From Mobula hypostoma (taxonomy: Eukaryota): a stretch of 64,000 nt of DNA. The stretch lies in the NCBI RefSeq assembly GCF_963921235.1, contig NW_026948143.1:62001-126000 (forward strand). The letters run 5' to 3'. The stretch's first letter is position 1; every line of letters starts with the position of its first letter. Position numbers and translations under genes: made by a program. Positions 50,044 to 62,719 of the stretch are shown in pieces. Under the pieces are notes generated by a model. The model had not been told where the DNA came from. It did not search any database and was given only the letters and a program-made list of their open reading frames with translations.

Positions 50044-50987
50044 TGTTACGTAACCGCCAACAATATGAATATTAATCGAGACAGTTTATATAAAAACAAC
50101 CAAACATTTATTAAACACGGATAAACAATAAGAAAATGAAAACCTTAACTGGAAGTTAACCGCTATGCGGCCGTTCAACAAATCGTCACTCGGTACTGGT
50201 TCTTAAAGTGATAAATGCGAAAACGGTTCTTAAAGCGGTAAAGTCAAATACAGTTCTTAAAATGGTAGATCTGAAAGTCCAACAGATTTATACATTCAAT
50301 TGGGAGAGACTTCTCTGGAGAAGGATTTCTTCATAGACGCGACTTTCCTGCTGGTTCTGTCCAAAGGATTCATGATGAAGGAAATAAACGGCTTAAAACA
50401 ACTGACCTTTCTTCTGGCGAGCATATCCTGCATGAACTACCTTGCTTTTTTGGCAGGATTTCTCTTCGATGCAGGTCACTACTTCTTCAACGAAGACTCA
50501 ATAAGGTCGATCCTTTGTTAAACTGCCGAACAATACCAACTTCTCTTAATCCTTCATATCCTGTACTTCGATAAAGTCTTCACTCTCCAATACTACTGAA
50601 AAGGTACGTCAACAAACCTGGCAGAAATTGCCAGTCCAGCACTATTGTACCTTACAATAGAATGTAAAACTCCGTTGTAAAAATGAAACTGCGTCATAAA
50701 ACAAATACGCAATGGAACTTTTTTACCCGTGGTGGATATGTTATCAGGGGGTATGGAGGGAAGGCTGGTGCAGGGTTCTGAGTTGGATGATCAGCCATGA
50801 TCATAATAAATGGCGGTGCAGGCTCGAAGGGCCGAATGGTCTACTCCTGCACTTATTTTCTATGTTTCTATATTTCTATGTTATCACGTGACCTCACATC
50901 AGCGGGAAAATTACATCAGGTGACCTCCAAAAGGCCATTACATCATTCTCACAAGAAAGTCACCAGATCTCCTTGAGGTATATAACA
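50044..50987 (-). mobile_element. Solo LTR (Gypsy-like or ERV), containing a CR1-B tail stub at ~50745-50882
   Basis: TGTTA...TAACA termini, 4-bp TSD tctc/cctc, minus-strand AATAAA at 50107-50112; cleanly interrupts CR1-H. Confidence 0.82.
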
Positions 50988-52565
50988 CCTCCCTTGTTCA
51001 AGCATAATACACTAGTTTTAGATCTAACTATTTCATCCTCCATCTGTGTACGAAATTCAATCACACTATGATCACTCTTTCTAAGAGGATCCCTGACTAC
51101 AAGATTGTTAATCTTACCTGTCTCATTGTACAGGACTAGATCTAAAATAGTATTTTCCCTTGTGGGTTCACTAACATGCTGCTCAAGAAAGCCATCGTGG
51201 ATGCATTCTATGAAATCCTCCTCAAGACTTCCTTGACCAACCAGATTCACCCAATCTATGTGGAAGTTAAAATCCCCCATGACAACTGCTGTTCCGTTCT
51301 TACAAGCCTCAGTTATTTCTTGGTTAGTGCCTCTGCCACTGCAATATTTTTATTAGGTGGCCTATAGACAACTGCCACCAATGATTTTTTCCCTTTACTA
51401 TTCTTAATCTTTACCCAGATGGACTCAACATTCTGCTCTGTAGGTCTTATATCGTCTCTCATCTCATCCCTAATCAAGAGTGCCACCCCACCTTCTTTGC
51501 CTTCCTGCCTATCTTTCTGTATTACCCGATACCCTTGGATACTTAATTCCCAGTCAGCTCCATCTTTCAACCAGGTTTCTGCAATAGCTACTAAATCATA
51601 TGCCTCGGTACTGATCTGTGTCAGAAGTTCACTAACCTTGTTTCTAATACTACGGACATTTAGATAAAGTGCCCTTATGCTCATTGTCCTTTTCGGATCC
51701 AGTGACCTATGCGATTTTTGCTTTTTACTTTTATGCACTCTACTCTTACTTTTTTCTTCACTAACTCTAGCTTTGGTCTCTGCATCACTTTCCTCTTCTT
51801 TTCTGTGTGGGTTCCCATCCCCCTGCCATATTAGTTCAAAACAGCACTAGTAAACAATCTCCCTAGCACATTGATCCCAGCCCTGCCCAGATGTAGACCG
51901 TCCGGACGGTACTGGTCCCACCTCCCCCAGAAGTGGTTCCAATGCCCCAGGAATCTGAAACCCTCCCTCCTGCACCACTGCTCAAGCAACATATTCATTC
52001 TAGCTGTCCTGCTATTCCAACTCTGGTTAGCACGTGGCACCGGTAATAATCCTGAGATGATTACCTTTGAGGTCCTACTCTTTAATTTATCTCCTAGCTC
52101 CTTAAATTCAACTTGTAGGACCTCATCCAGCTTTCTTCCTATGTTGTTAGGACCTACATGCACCACGCAGCTGGCTGCTCACCCTCCCCTTTCAGAATGC
52201 CCTGCAGCCTCTCCGAGACATCTCTGACCCCTGCACCCGGAAGGCAACACACCATACGGGAGCCCTGTTTGCAGCCACAGAAGCTCCTCTCTATTCCCCT
52301 TACCATGGAATCCCCTACCACAAGAGCTCCACCACTTTTTCTCTTGCCCTCACGTGCAGCAGAGCCACCCATGGTGCCATGATCCTGGCTACTGCTGCTC
52401 TCACCTGATGAGCCATCTCCCCCACCAGACTCCAAAGCGGTATATCTGCTTTTGAGGGAGATGACCGCAGGAGACTCCTGTACTACCTTCCTGCTACTAC
52501 TCTTCCCGTTGGTCACCTATTCCCTATCTTTCCTTAAATCCTTAAACTGCTAAAACAAGGTTTTG

Positions 52566-55500
52566 CACAGGTCGGCAATGCTTGTTTAAAAGTACAGAAG
52601 GGACAAGTGGGCCAGCCATCGTCTGGAGTAGGCCAGTGGTGAGAGTAGGAGAGTCAGGCTTTGGCTCAAAGGAGGATTCGGCTTGAATGGGGCATTGGCT
52701 CTGGGTAGGTTTCCGTTAAGGTTCTCTTTTTTTCTCTTTCTTACTGTAGCTAGTGTCGTAAATAGCTGATGTGTGTTCTTCATGCTGGATGTTGGAGTCC
52801 TGGGAGACCCAGACTGCAGCTCTGTGAAGACCGTGTTAGGGATCTGGAGCAGGAACTGGATGACCTTTGGCTTGTATGGGAGAGTGAGGAGATAATTGAT
52901 CAGAGTTACAGAGAACTAGTCACCCCGAAGCTGCAGGAGACGAGTAGCTGGGTGACTGTCAGGAGAAATGGAAATGTGAATAGGCGGTTAGCGCAGAGCA
53001 CCCCTGTGGCCATTCCCCTCAATAATAAGTATACTGTTTGGGATACAGTTGTGGGAGGGGGGGGAAGTAATGACCTCCCAGGGGATTGTCATGGTTCCTG
53101 GCCTACCGGCACTGAGCATAGGACTGTAGTGCAGAAGGGAAAGAGGGAGAAGAGGGGAGTGGTAGTGATAGGGCACTCAATAGTGAGGGGAACAGACAGG
53201 AGATTCTGTGAACGTGAACAGGACACCTGAATGGTATGTTGCCTCCCTGATGCCAGGGTCGGGGATGTCTCAGATCACTCCCACAGGGAGAGAGAGCAGA
53301 CAGATGTCTTGGTACATATCGGTACCAATGACATCAGAAGAAAAAACAAAGTGGTTGTGAAAAGAGGATTTAGAGACCTAGGTAGAAAGCTGAGAAGCAG
53401 GATCTCCTGGGTAGTAATTTCTGGATTGCTGCCTGTGCCACGTGCCAGTGAGGGCAGAAACAGGATGATTTGGTAGATAAATGTGTGACTGAAAAGCTGG
53501 TGCAGGGGGCAGGGCTTCAGGTTCCTGGATTATTGGGATCTCTTCGGGGGAGGTATGACCTGTTCAAAAGTGACTGGTTGAACCTGAACCCGAGGTGGAC
53601 CAATATTCTCATCGGCAGGTTTGTTAGAGCTGTTGGGGAGGGTTTAAACTAACTTGGCAGTGGGGTGGGAACTGGAGTAAAGGGACTCAGGATAGGATGG
53701 ATGGTAAAAAAGTAAAGATAGCGTGCAGTCAGACTGTCAGGTAGGGCAGGCAGGTGATGGAACATAGTTGTAGCCAACAGGCTGAGTATCAAACCATTAG
53801 GATGCAGAATCAGAAAGGATAGCAAATATGGTACTCAAGGTGTTGTACCTAAATGTGTGTAAAAGCTTTTACAAGTATGTAAAAAATAAAAGAAAGATGA
53901 GAATGGATATAGGCCTGCTAGAAAATGAGGCTGGAGAAATAATAACAGGGGACAAGGAGATGGCAGATGAGCTAAATAAGTATTCTGCATCAGCCTTCAC
54001 TGTGGAAGACTCTAGTGGTGTGAGGGTGTGAGGGAAGAGAAGGTGCTCAGAAAGCTGAAAGATCCAAGTCACCCGGACTAGATGAACTGCACCCTAGGCT
54101 TCTGAAAGAGGTAGCAGTTGAGATTGTGGAGGCATTATTAATGATTTTTCAAAAATCATTGGACTCTGGCATGGTGCCAGAGGATAGGAAAATTGCAAAT
54201 GTCACTCCACTCTTTAAGGAAGGAGGAAGGCAGCAGAAAGGAAATTATAGACCAGTTAGCCTAACATCAGTGGTTGGGAAGATGTTGGAGTCAATTGTTA
54301 TGGATGAGGTTATGGAATGCTTGGTGACATAGGACAAGATAGGACAAAGTCAGTATGGTTTCCTTAAGGGAAAATCTTGCCTGATGAACCTGTTGAGTTC
54401 CTCATCTAAGAAAAAATGGGCTGGTATTGGACAGGGTTCAGAGGAGGTTCACAAGGATGGTTCTGGGAATGAAAGGGTTATCATACGAGGAACATTTGAT
54501 GGCTCTGGGTCTGTACTCACTGGAATTTAGAAGAATAAAAGGGCTTTTATAGATATGTGAAAAGAAAAAGATTGATTAAGACAAATGTAGGTCCCCTACA
54601 GTCAGAAACAGGTAATTGATTATGGGGAGCAAGGACATGGCAGACCAATTAAATAACTACTTTGGTTCTGTCTTCACTAAGGAGGACATAAATAATCTTC
54701 CGGAAATAGTAGGGGACAGAGGGTCCAGTGAGATGGAGGAACTGAGCGAAATACATGTTAGTAGGGAAGTGGTGTTAGGTACATTGAAGGGATTAAAGGC
54801 AGATAAATCCCCAGGGCCAGATGGTCTGCATCCCAGAGTGCTTAAGGAAGTAGCCCAAGAAATGGTGGATGCATTAGTGATAATTTTTCAAAACTCTTTA
54901 GATTCTGGACCAGTTCCTGAGGATTGGGGGGTGGCTAATGTAACCCCACTTTTTAAAAAAGGAGGGAGAGAGAAACCGGGGAATTATAGACCGGTTAGCC
55001 TAACATCGGTTGTGGGGAAAATGCTAGAATCAGTTATCAAAGGTGTGATAACAGCACACTTGGAAAGCGGTGAAATCATCGGACAAAGTCAGCATGGATT
55101 TGTGAAAGGAAAATCATGTCTGCTGAATCTCAGAACTTTTTGAGGATGTAACTAGTAGAGTAGATGGGGAGAACCAGTGGATGTGGTATATTTGGATTTT
55201 CAAAAGCCTTTTGACAAGGTCCCACACAGGAAATTAGTGTGCAAACTTAAAGCACATGGTATTGTGGGTATGGTATTGATGTGGATAGAGAATTGGTTGG
55301 CAGACAGGAAGCAAAGAGTGGGAATAAACGGGACCTTTTCAGAATGGCAGGCAGTGACTAGTGGGGTTCCACAAGGCTCAGTGCTGGGACCCCAATTGTT
55401 TACAATATACAAAGTATATTAATCTTAGACGAGGGAATTAAATGCAGCATCTCCAAGTTTGTGGATGACACGAAGCTGGGCGGCAGTGTTAGCTGTGAGG

Positions 55501-56775
55501 AGGATGCTAAGAGGATGCAGGGTGACTTGGATAGGTTAGGTGAGTGGGCAAATTCATGGCAGATGCAATTTAATGTGGATAAATGTGAAGTTATCCACTT
55601 TGGTGGCAAGAACAGGAAAACAGATTATTATCTGAATGGTGGCCGATTAGGAAAAGGGGAGGTGCAATGAGACCTGGGTGTCATTATACACCAGTCATTG
55701 AAAGTGGGCATGCAGGTACAGCAGGCGGTGAAAAAGGCGAGTGGTATGCTGGCATTTATAGCGAGAGGATTCGAGTACAGGAGCAGGGAGGTACTACTGC
55801 AGTTGTACAAGGCCTTGGTGAGACCACACCTGGAGTATTGTGTGCGGTTTTGGTCCCCTAATCTGAGGAAAGACATTCTTGCCATAGAGGGAGTACAAAG
55901 AAGGTTCACCAGATTGATTCCTGGGATGGCAGGACTTTCATATGAAGAAAGACTGGATGAACTGGGCTTGTACTCGTTGGAATTTAGAAGATTGAGGGGG
56001 GATCTTATTGAAACGTATAAAATTCTAAAGGGATCGGACAGGCTAGATGCAGGAAGATTGTTCCTGATGTTGGGGAAGTCCAGAACGAGGGGTCACAGTT
56101 TGAGGATAAAGGGGAAGCCTTTTAGGACCGAGATGAGGAAAAACTTCTTCAGACAGAGAGTGGTGAATCTGTGGAATTTTCTGCCACAGGAAACAGTTGA
56201 GGCCAGTTCATTGGCTATATTTAAGAGGAGGTTAGATATGGCCCTTGTGGCTAAAGGGATCAGGGGGTATGGAGGGAAGGCAGGTACAGGGTTTTGAGTT
56301 GGATGATCAGCCATGATCATACTGAATAGTGCTGCAGGCTCAAAGGGCCAAATGGCCTACTCCTGCACCTATTTTTTATGTTTCTATGTATCTCATTGAA
56401 ACCTTTTGAATGTTGAAAGGCCTAGACAGAGTAGATGTGGAGAGGATGTTTCCGATAGAGGGGGAGTCTAGGACAAGCGGGCACAGCCTCAGGATAGAGG
56501 GGTGCCCTTTCAAAACAAAGATGTGAAGAAATTTCTTTAGCTAGAGAGTGGTGAATTTGTGGAATTTGTTACCAGAGGTGGCTGTGGAGGCCATGTCATT
56601 GGTTATATTTAAGGCAGAGCTTGATATGTTTTGATTTGACACAGCATCAAAGGTTACGAGGAGGAGGCTGAAGAAGGGGGGCCAAGGAGGGAAAAGTAAG
56701 GATCAGCCATGATGGAATGGCAGAGCAGACCTGATGGGCCAAACGGCCTCATTCTACCCCTATGTCTTATGGTCT
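52566..56775 (+). mobile_element. CR1-G with 5' UTR and ORF1 but large ORF2 deletions (~53857, ~54397); split by CR1-B
   Basis: DRVRDLEQELDDL, VVIGHSIVRGTDRRFC, VHIGTNDI; VLYLNVC|KSFYKYVK deletion junction; tail tatgtcttatggtct. Confidence 0.85.
54538..56389 (+). mobile_element. 5'-truncated CR1-B (complete RT region, few lesions)
   Basis: [44 protein letters not shown]; (TTTCTATG) tail. Confidence 0.94.
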
Positions 56776-57311
56776 AAATCGGGAGCAGATGTTCTCAGGG
56801 AAACACACAGCAGAAATGTGGAGGTTGTTTATGGAGCACTTGCTGGGCTTTCTGGATAGATTTGTCCATCTGAGGCAGGGAAAGGATGGAAGGCTAAAGG
56901 AACCATGTTGACAAGAGAGGTGGAGCATTTAGGGAAGCATACTTAAGGTTCAGGAAGCAAGGATTAGACAGAGTTCCAAAGAGTTAGAACATAACCAGGA
57001 AGGAGCTTAAGAATGAACTAAGGAGAGCTAGAAGGGGATATGAAAAGGCCTTAGTGAGTGATGATGGCTGGTTCTTCACTTGTGAAGATCAGGAGTGAAG
57101 AAGAATCCTCAGGAGTGACGTCACGATCATTGGTGACCGTAGAGGTGCCCCTTCTCCATTGCTGTAGGACTTTTTCTTCCCGCCTGCCCTGCATAGATTT
57201 ATAGTGAGGTTCAGTGAGCGCGGACTGGTTCCACTCTTTCGGCCAGGGAACGTTCCACAATGGCATAGCGAGCTGCAATGACTGCAGCAACCACAAGGCT
57301 GTAGGTTAAAT

Positions 57312-57493
57312 ATCGGAGTTTTCCTTCTCCTAGACAGACTGCCTGGCAAGGCTAACAAATCTCATCTACCCGGGTTTGGAATCGGAGTTGTCCTTCTCCC
57401 AGACAGACTGCCTGGCAAGGCTGATAAATCCCATCTACCCGGGTTTGGAATCGGAGTTGCCCTTCTCCTAGGCTGGTTGTCAATCAAGGCTGA
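57312..57493. repeat. 69-bp tandem repeat, ~2.6 copies
   Basis: ATCGGAGTT starts at 57312, 57381 and 57450. Confidence 0.9.
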
Positions 57494-58185
57494 GAGAGAG
57501 TGAGCAGTTTCAAGTTCCTGGGTGTCAAGATCTCTGAGGGTCTAACCTGGTCCCAATATATCGATGTAGTTATAAAAAAGGCAAGACAGTGGCTCTAATT
57601 CATTAGGAGTTTGAAGAGATTTGGCATGTCAACAATTACACTCAAAACCTTCTATAGTTGTACCATGGAGAGCATTCTGACAGGCTGCATCACTGTCTGG
57701 TATGGAGGGGCTACTGCACAGGACCGAAAGCAGCTGCAGAGGGTCATAAATTTACTCGGCTCCATCTTGGGTACTAGCCTACAAAGTACCAGGTCATCTT
57801 CAAGGAGCGGTGACTCAGAAAGGCAGCGTTCATTATTAAGGACCTCCAGCACCCAGGGCATGCCCTTTTCTCACTGTTACCATCAGGAAAGAGGTACCGA
57901 AGCCTGAAGGCACACACTCAACGATTCAGGAACAGCTTCTTCCCCTCTGCCATCTAATTCCAAAACAGACATTGAACCCTTGAACACCACCTCACTTTTT
58001 AAATATTTATTATTTCTGTTTTTGCACAATTTTTAATCTATTCAATATAGGTATACCTATATTTATTTATTTTCTTACTTATTATTTTTTTTTTCTCTTC
58101 TATATTATGTATGCATTGAACTGCTGCTGCTAAGTTAACAAATTCCACGACACATGCCGATGATAACAAACCTAATTCTGGTTTT
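57494..58185 (+). mobile_element. Rex1/Babar 3' fragment
   Basis: ERVSSFKFLGVKISEGLTW, FYSCTMESILTGCITVWYG, LQRVI; T-rich 3' UTR. Confidence 0.88.
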
Positions 58186-58527
58186 GAGGAGCCTAGCCTG
58201 CCCGCCCAGTATAGTACTGGATGCTTGGTTGTGCCATCACATCGCGCCTTGGCAAATAGGATTAAGAAAAACCCCAATGCATTCTACTCATCTGAAAAAT
58301 AGAAAGATAACTTTCCACATGGGCCTCAACAATCTCTTCTTGAGCATCTCACAAAGTCAGCCCTGGGGACTGATCTTTCTTAATATGCTGCATTCTGGAA
58401 GCAAGATGATAGTCATCAGTTCATACAGAATGGGAACAGGCTCTTTGGTTCATTGACTGCCGTTCATTAAGCACCCATTTACAGTAATTCTGCTTTATTC
58501 TCCTAGCGTCGCCATGAACTCTCTTTA

Positions 58528-58600
58528 GATTCCAGAACCATTTTTATGCCATGGACCCTTATTATCCGAGGGGTCTGAGGACCCCAGGTAGAGAATCCCT
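58528..58600. mobile_element. Possible decayed hAT-type MITE
   Basis: tttatgccatggaccc...ggggtctgaggaccccaggtagagaatccctg; the 3' end resembles the reverse complement of a CAGGG-type terminal repeat. Confidence 0.4.
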
Positions 58601-58927
58601 GTTCTGGATGTTCCCCATTATCTATACACAGGGCACATTTACAATCACCACATGGTTTCTGATTGAGAGAATTCGGCTGAACCTCTGAACTTAAAGAACA
58701 ACAGCTCTCTGTGAGATTCAGGCAATTTTAGGTGCCTGGTCGAACAATCCAATTGATAGTGAGATCAGACCTCTGTATTGCAGGTACACTCCTCTCTTTA
58801 ACCACTTTACATTGTGGATAACAATTGAATGGCCGAAGCCTCAGTTACTTCTAACCCACAGGTTACAGACGTCTTGCTTCTCCTCCAGACTCAATCCTTT
58901 ACCAAGTACTTGTTATTCAAAGTAACA

Positions 58928-59018
58928 TACACAGAATGCTGGAAGAACTCAGCAGGTCAGGTAGTGTCTATGGAACTAAAGAACAGTTGATGTTTTGTGC
59001 TGAAAACCATTAATCAGG
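58928..59018 (-). mobile_element. Old, decayed PLE terminal fragment
   Basis: acacagaatgctggaagaactcagcaggtcaggtagtgtctatgga is similar to the PLE end at 23967-24020. Confidence 0.55.
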
Positions 59019-59489
59019 TTTAGTCTCGCATGGTGCTTGCAGCAGATCGCCCTTTGGTGATGAGGTTCTATTGATGTTTCAAGCATCCTGTTGTTTTCTT
59101 TCCTTTGCTGAACATTCTGCCCCTAATCAAGTTGTTTTGAGAGCTGTAGCTCATTAGTTGATTCCTTCTGGATTTAATGAATGTTCTGGCCCATTTGTCT
59201 CTCTATTTAAAGTGTAACACTGTTTAACTTGCTCTCCACTGAAGTTGACATGCACAGCTGGTAAATATCAACACATAGCTCACCAGGTCCATTGACCTTC
59301 CTGTTCCTCCCGCCCCGCACGCTGTTGTTCCTGACTTAATGCATATGGCAATTATTTTACCAACTTTACAAACAATTTTCAATAACTGCGAAGATATTAA
59401 AACTAGAGCACATCCGAAACACTTCAATGTAATTTGAACATTAATCTGTTTACTTAAGCTGAATGTTCGTGATTAACAGCAGTCCTCTC

Positions 59490-60573
59490 CTCTGGCTGAG
59501 ACCCCATCTAGATTATTGTGTGCAATTCTGGTTATCATACCATCCAACAGACGTCACTAAGCTGGAAAGGATACAGAAAAGGTTTATGAGGGTGTTAGCA
59601 GAACTGGAGGGCTGGAGTTATAAGGAAAGGCTGAATAGCTTGGGACCTAATAGAATGATATAAAATCATAAAAGTCAGAGTTAAAATGGATGGTCACTGT
59701 CTGTTCCCCAGGGTAGGGGAGTTTAAAACTAGAGGACATACAATCAGTGGCCACTTTATTAGGTACAACTGTACACTTGCTCGTTAATGCAAATACCTAA
59801 TCAGTCAATCATGTGGCAGCAACTCAATACATAAAAGCATGTGGACATGGTCAAAAGGTTCAGTTATTGTTCAGACCAAGCCTCAGAATGGGGAAGAGAT
59901 GTGATCTAAGTGACTTTGACATACAACGGTTGTTGGTGCCAGATGGGGTGGTTTGAGTATCACAGAAACTGCTGATCTCCTGGGATTTTCACACACAACA
60001 GTTTTTAGAGATTACAGAGAATGGTACAAGAAACAAAAACAACATCAAGCGAGCAGCAGTTCTATGGGCAAAAATGCCTTGTTAATGAGAGAAGTCAGAG
60101 AGAATGGTCGGACAGGTTCAAGCTCACAGGAAGGTGACAGGAACTCAAATAACAACACATTACAACAGTGGTGTGCAGAACATCTTTGAATTCACGACAC
60201 GTTGCATGTTGAAGTGGACGGGCTACAGCAGCAGAAGACCATGAACAGACACTCAGTGGCCTAATAAACTTAGGAGGCACCCAATAAACTGGTCACTGAA
60301 TGCATATTTAAGGAGAGAGAAGAAAGATTTAAGAGGGAACTTAACGGCAGTTTTTTTCCACACAGAGGATGGAGAGTAAATTAAATGTGCTGCCAGAGGA
60401 AGTGGTATAGGCGAATATAATTACCATGTTTGAAAGACATTTGGACAGGTACATGGAAAGGAAAGGTTTAGAGCATTCAGGCCCAAAAAACAGTTGGATT
60501 AGGTCAGGTGGACATCTTAATCAGCAAGGATGATTTGGACTGAAGAGCCTCTTCCCCTACTGTATAACTCTAT
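59490..60573 (+). mobile_element. Old CR1 3' fragment split by a Tc1-derived element
   Basis: LRPHLDYCVQFW...LERIQKRF; actagaggacata|tatttaagg junction. Confidence 0.8.
59741..60302 (+). mobile_element. Internally deleted Tc1/mariner DNA transposon
   Basis: Terminal inverted repeats cagtggccactttattaggtac / gcacccaataaactggtcactg, TA on the left flank, and transposase HTH remnant MGKRCDLSDF...SITETADLLGFSHTTVFRDYREW. Confidence 0.88.
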
Positions 60574-60823
60574 GGCATAGAAGGAGACCATTCATCCCAT
60601 AACATCTATTCTAGTTCCATCAGCCCTGTTTCTGCACGGTAGCCATAATAGTGTAACTGTGTGTGCTGAGTCTGTAAGAGATACTGTTATTCTGAGATTT
60701 AATATGTCATTGAAAGTGTTTGAAAGAATTTCACTTACTGGAATTCTAAAATTGAAAAAATACAGTGAAGGAAATATTACTTGCCAGTCCTGAGGAGAAA
60801 CATCACACAGATTGGATATGTAT

Positions 60824-61080
60824 GTCACTGGAACAGGCAGACACCAGGTCCCTGTTTCCTGTTCGTGGATCAGATGGACTCCGTGTCCCTGTTGTCGGTT
60901 ACTGGAACAGGCAGACTCTGTGTCCCTTTTGTTTGTTAATGGAGCAAACGGACTCTGGGCCCCTGTTTCCTGTTACTGGATTAGGTTGATTCCAGGACCC
61001 TGTTTTCTGTTACTGGGGCAAACTGACTCTGGGTCCCTGGTGTCTGTTACTGGAACAGGCAGACTCTGGGTACTTGTTGT
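60824..61080. repeat. 37-bp minisatellite, ~7 copies (consensus ~GTTACTGGAACAGGCAGACTCTGGGTCCCTGTTTCCT)
   Basis: Head-to-tail degenerate units. Confidence 0.9.
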
Positions 61081-61589
61081 AGTGGAGCAGGCTGTTGTTT
61101 CCGTGACCACAGACATGATTCCAAGGTGACATGTCGCCCCTCAGGTGCCAGTGTCAATGATGTCACTGTTAAACAGAGTGCAGAATGTTGAGGCTGTGAA
61201 TTGTGAAGGGTATAACCACTTGATATACAGATGTCATGGTCCAAATCATCACCCCTGGGTTATGGAGGGTTGTATTCATAGAAAACTATCCATAACTTTC
61301 AGAATATTCAACAACATGAACCCTTGACAAAATTTGCAGTTTATGATGCATTTTGTGTTAATTTCTTTTCTTTTCCCAATATACATACTATAACAGCATT
61401 TTTTCATTCAGTATCTCCACTGTTGGTGAGTAACTGGGGAATTCAGTGAGGGCACATTTCCATTCCCTGATGGCCGCAGGGTGTCAGAGGCAGGACTGTT
61501 TGGATTGTTGACAGTGCAACACACATTGAGAATGGTCAAGGACAGTGTGTTTGGAGATGGTACTTGGGGAAAGGCTTCAATATCTGAGC

Positions 61590-62165
61590 TATTCGGGAGA
61601 CTTGGGATCTGTAAAAGCTGAGCCACACTTGGAAAATTGTTTTCAGATCTGGTCACCTCATTATAGGAAGGATGTGGAAGCTTTAGAGAATGTGCAGAGC
61701 AGATTTACCAGGGTGCTGCCTGAATTAGAGGACAAGTCTTACAGCATGGCTATATCTTCAATGAACTTGGGCTTTTCTCTGGAGCAGAAGAGCATGAGAA
61801 GCATCTTTGTAGAGATGTAAAAGATTATGGAAGGCATAGATAAAGTGGACAGGTAGTGTCTTTTTCCCCGAGTACCAATGGCCAATAACAGAGCATGTCT
61901 GATTAATATTGAGTGGAAGGTTTTGGAAAGAGGCCATAGGTAGTTTTTTTTACATAGAGTAGTGGGTATTAGCAACATGCCAATGGGGGTGATGGTAGAG
62001 GCAGATACATTGGAGACATTTCCCAGATTCTTAGCTAGATACGTGATAGAAAAATGGAGGGCTACATGGGAGGGAAAGGTTAGATTGATGGTGGGGCAGG
62101 TTAATATTGGTCAGCCCAGTATTGTGGGTCAAAAGGCTCATTCTGTGTTGTACCGTTTTATGTTC
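61590..62165 (+). mobile_element. Old CR1 3' fragment
   Basis: PHLENCFQIWSPHYRKDVEALENVQSRFTRVLP; degenerate tail. Confidence 0.82.
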
Positions 62166-62719
62166 GATCCAGCTGGACTGAGACTGAGAATTGTGGATTC
62201 GCCAGAGCCAGAGGCTTCAAACCAGGGTTGGTAGAGGTAGTGAACCTCAACAGTTGGAGATAGGAGAGAGATCAAAAAAGATGAAGATTTCAGAATTTAG
62301 TAAATGATTGCAGGAGGCAGAGAAAACAAAGTTTGCAATAACAGGAGCTTGTGGTTGGTTGTTATTGGTTCTCTAGTTGCAAGAGCCTGGGGAATTCAGG
62401 CCATGAGGTGGTGGGTGTGGGAGGGTGATGATGATGCAGCCATCAGTGAAACCTGGCTTCTTGGACAGCTGTAGTCACTTACATTTCATGATTAGTCAGA
62501 ACAAAAAGGAATTTAAAATAAAAGGATCTTTTAAAGAAGATGTGCTTTCTGGTTTGTGCTGAAGGGAGACATTTTTTATTAGGGGTGAAAATACATTAAT
62601 GACACAATAAACAAGCTTTGATTGAGCAATTACTTTGTTTCCCCAGAGGGTTCTGGGAGAAACATCCATGAACTCACTGGAATGTTGTAAATAATAAACC
62701 TGATTAGAGGAGCTTGCTA

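Larger units (their letters stand above)
44248..52540 (-). mobile_element. CR1-H, near full length, split: 44248-45316, 48644-49063, 49241-50043 and 50988-52540
   Basis: RT C-terminus and tail, YMDFQKAFDKV, EN (LYLNVRSIRNK, AIAETW, MGDFN) and ORF1 SGNH (VVGDSMVRG, DGLHL). Confidence 0.9.
57054..58246 (-). mobile_element. Non-coding, probably RTE-related non-autonomous element with a 69-bp internal tandem repeat; split by Rex1/Babar
   Basis: Minus-strand ACAACCAGCCTAGGAGAAGGGCAACTCCGATTCCAAACC resembles RTE 5' UTRs (from recall); (ATC)n-like tail; gcctt flanks both ends; caaggctga|ggagcctag joins across the insert. Confidence 0.55.
43630..58315 (+). mobile_element. Old CR1-F EN/linker fragment split into ~43630-44163, 56775-57053 and 58247-58315
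   Basis: IESVWVEV, LDLRLGNEPGQ, RQELG|.NREQMFSGK and EKAL|ANRIKKTP join across the inserts. Confidence 0.72.

Noticed and set aside
60824..61080. Common origin with the 7124 minisatellite (both have 37-bp units)
   Set aside because: Similarity to the reverse complement is only patchy and cannot be distinguished from chance by eye.
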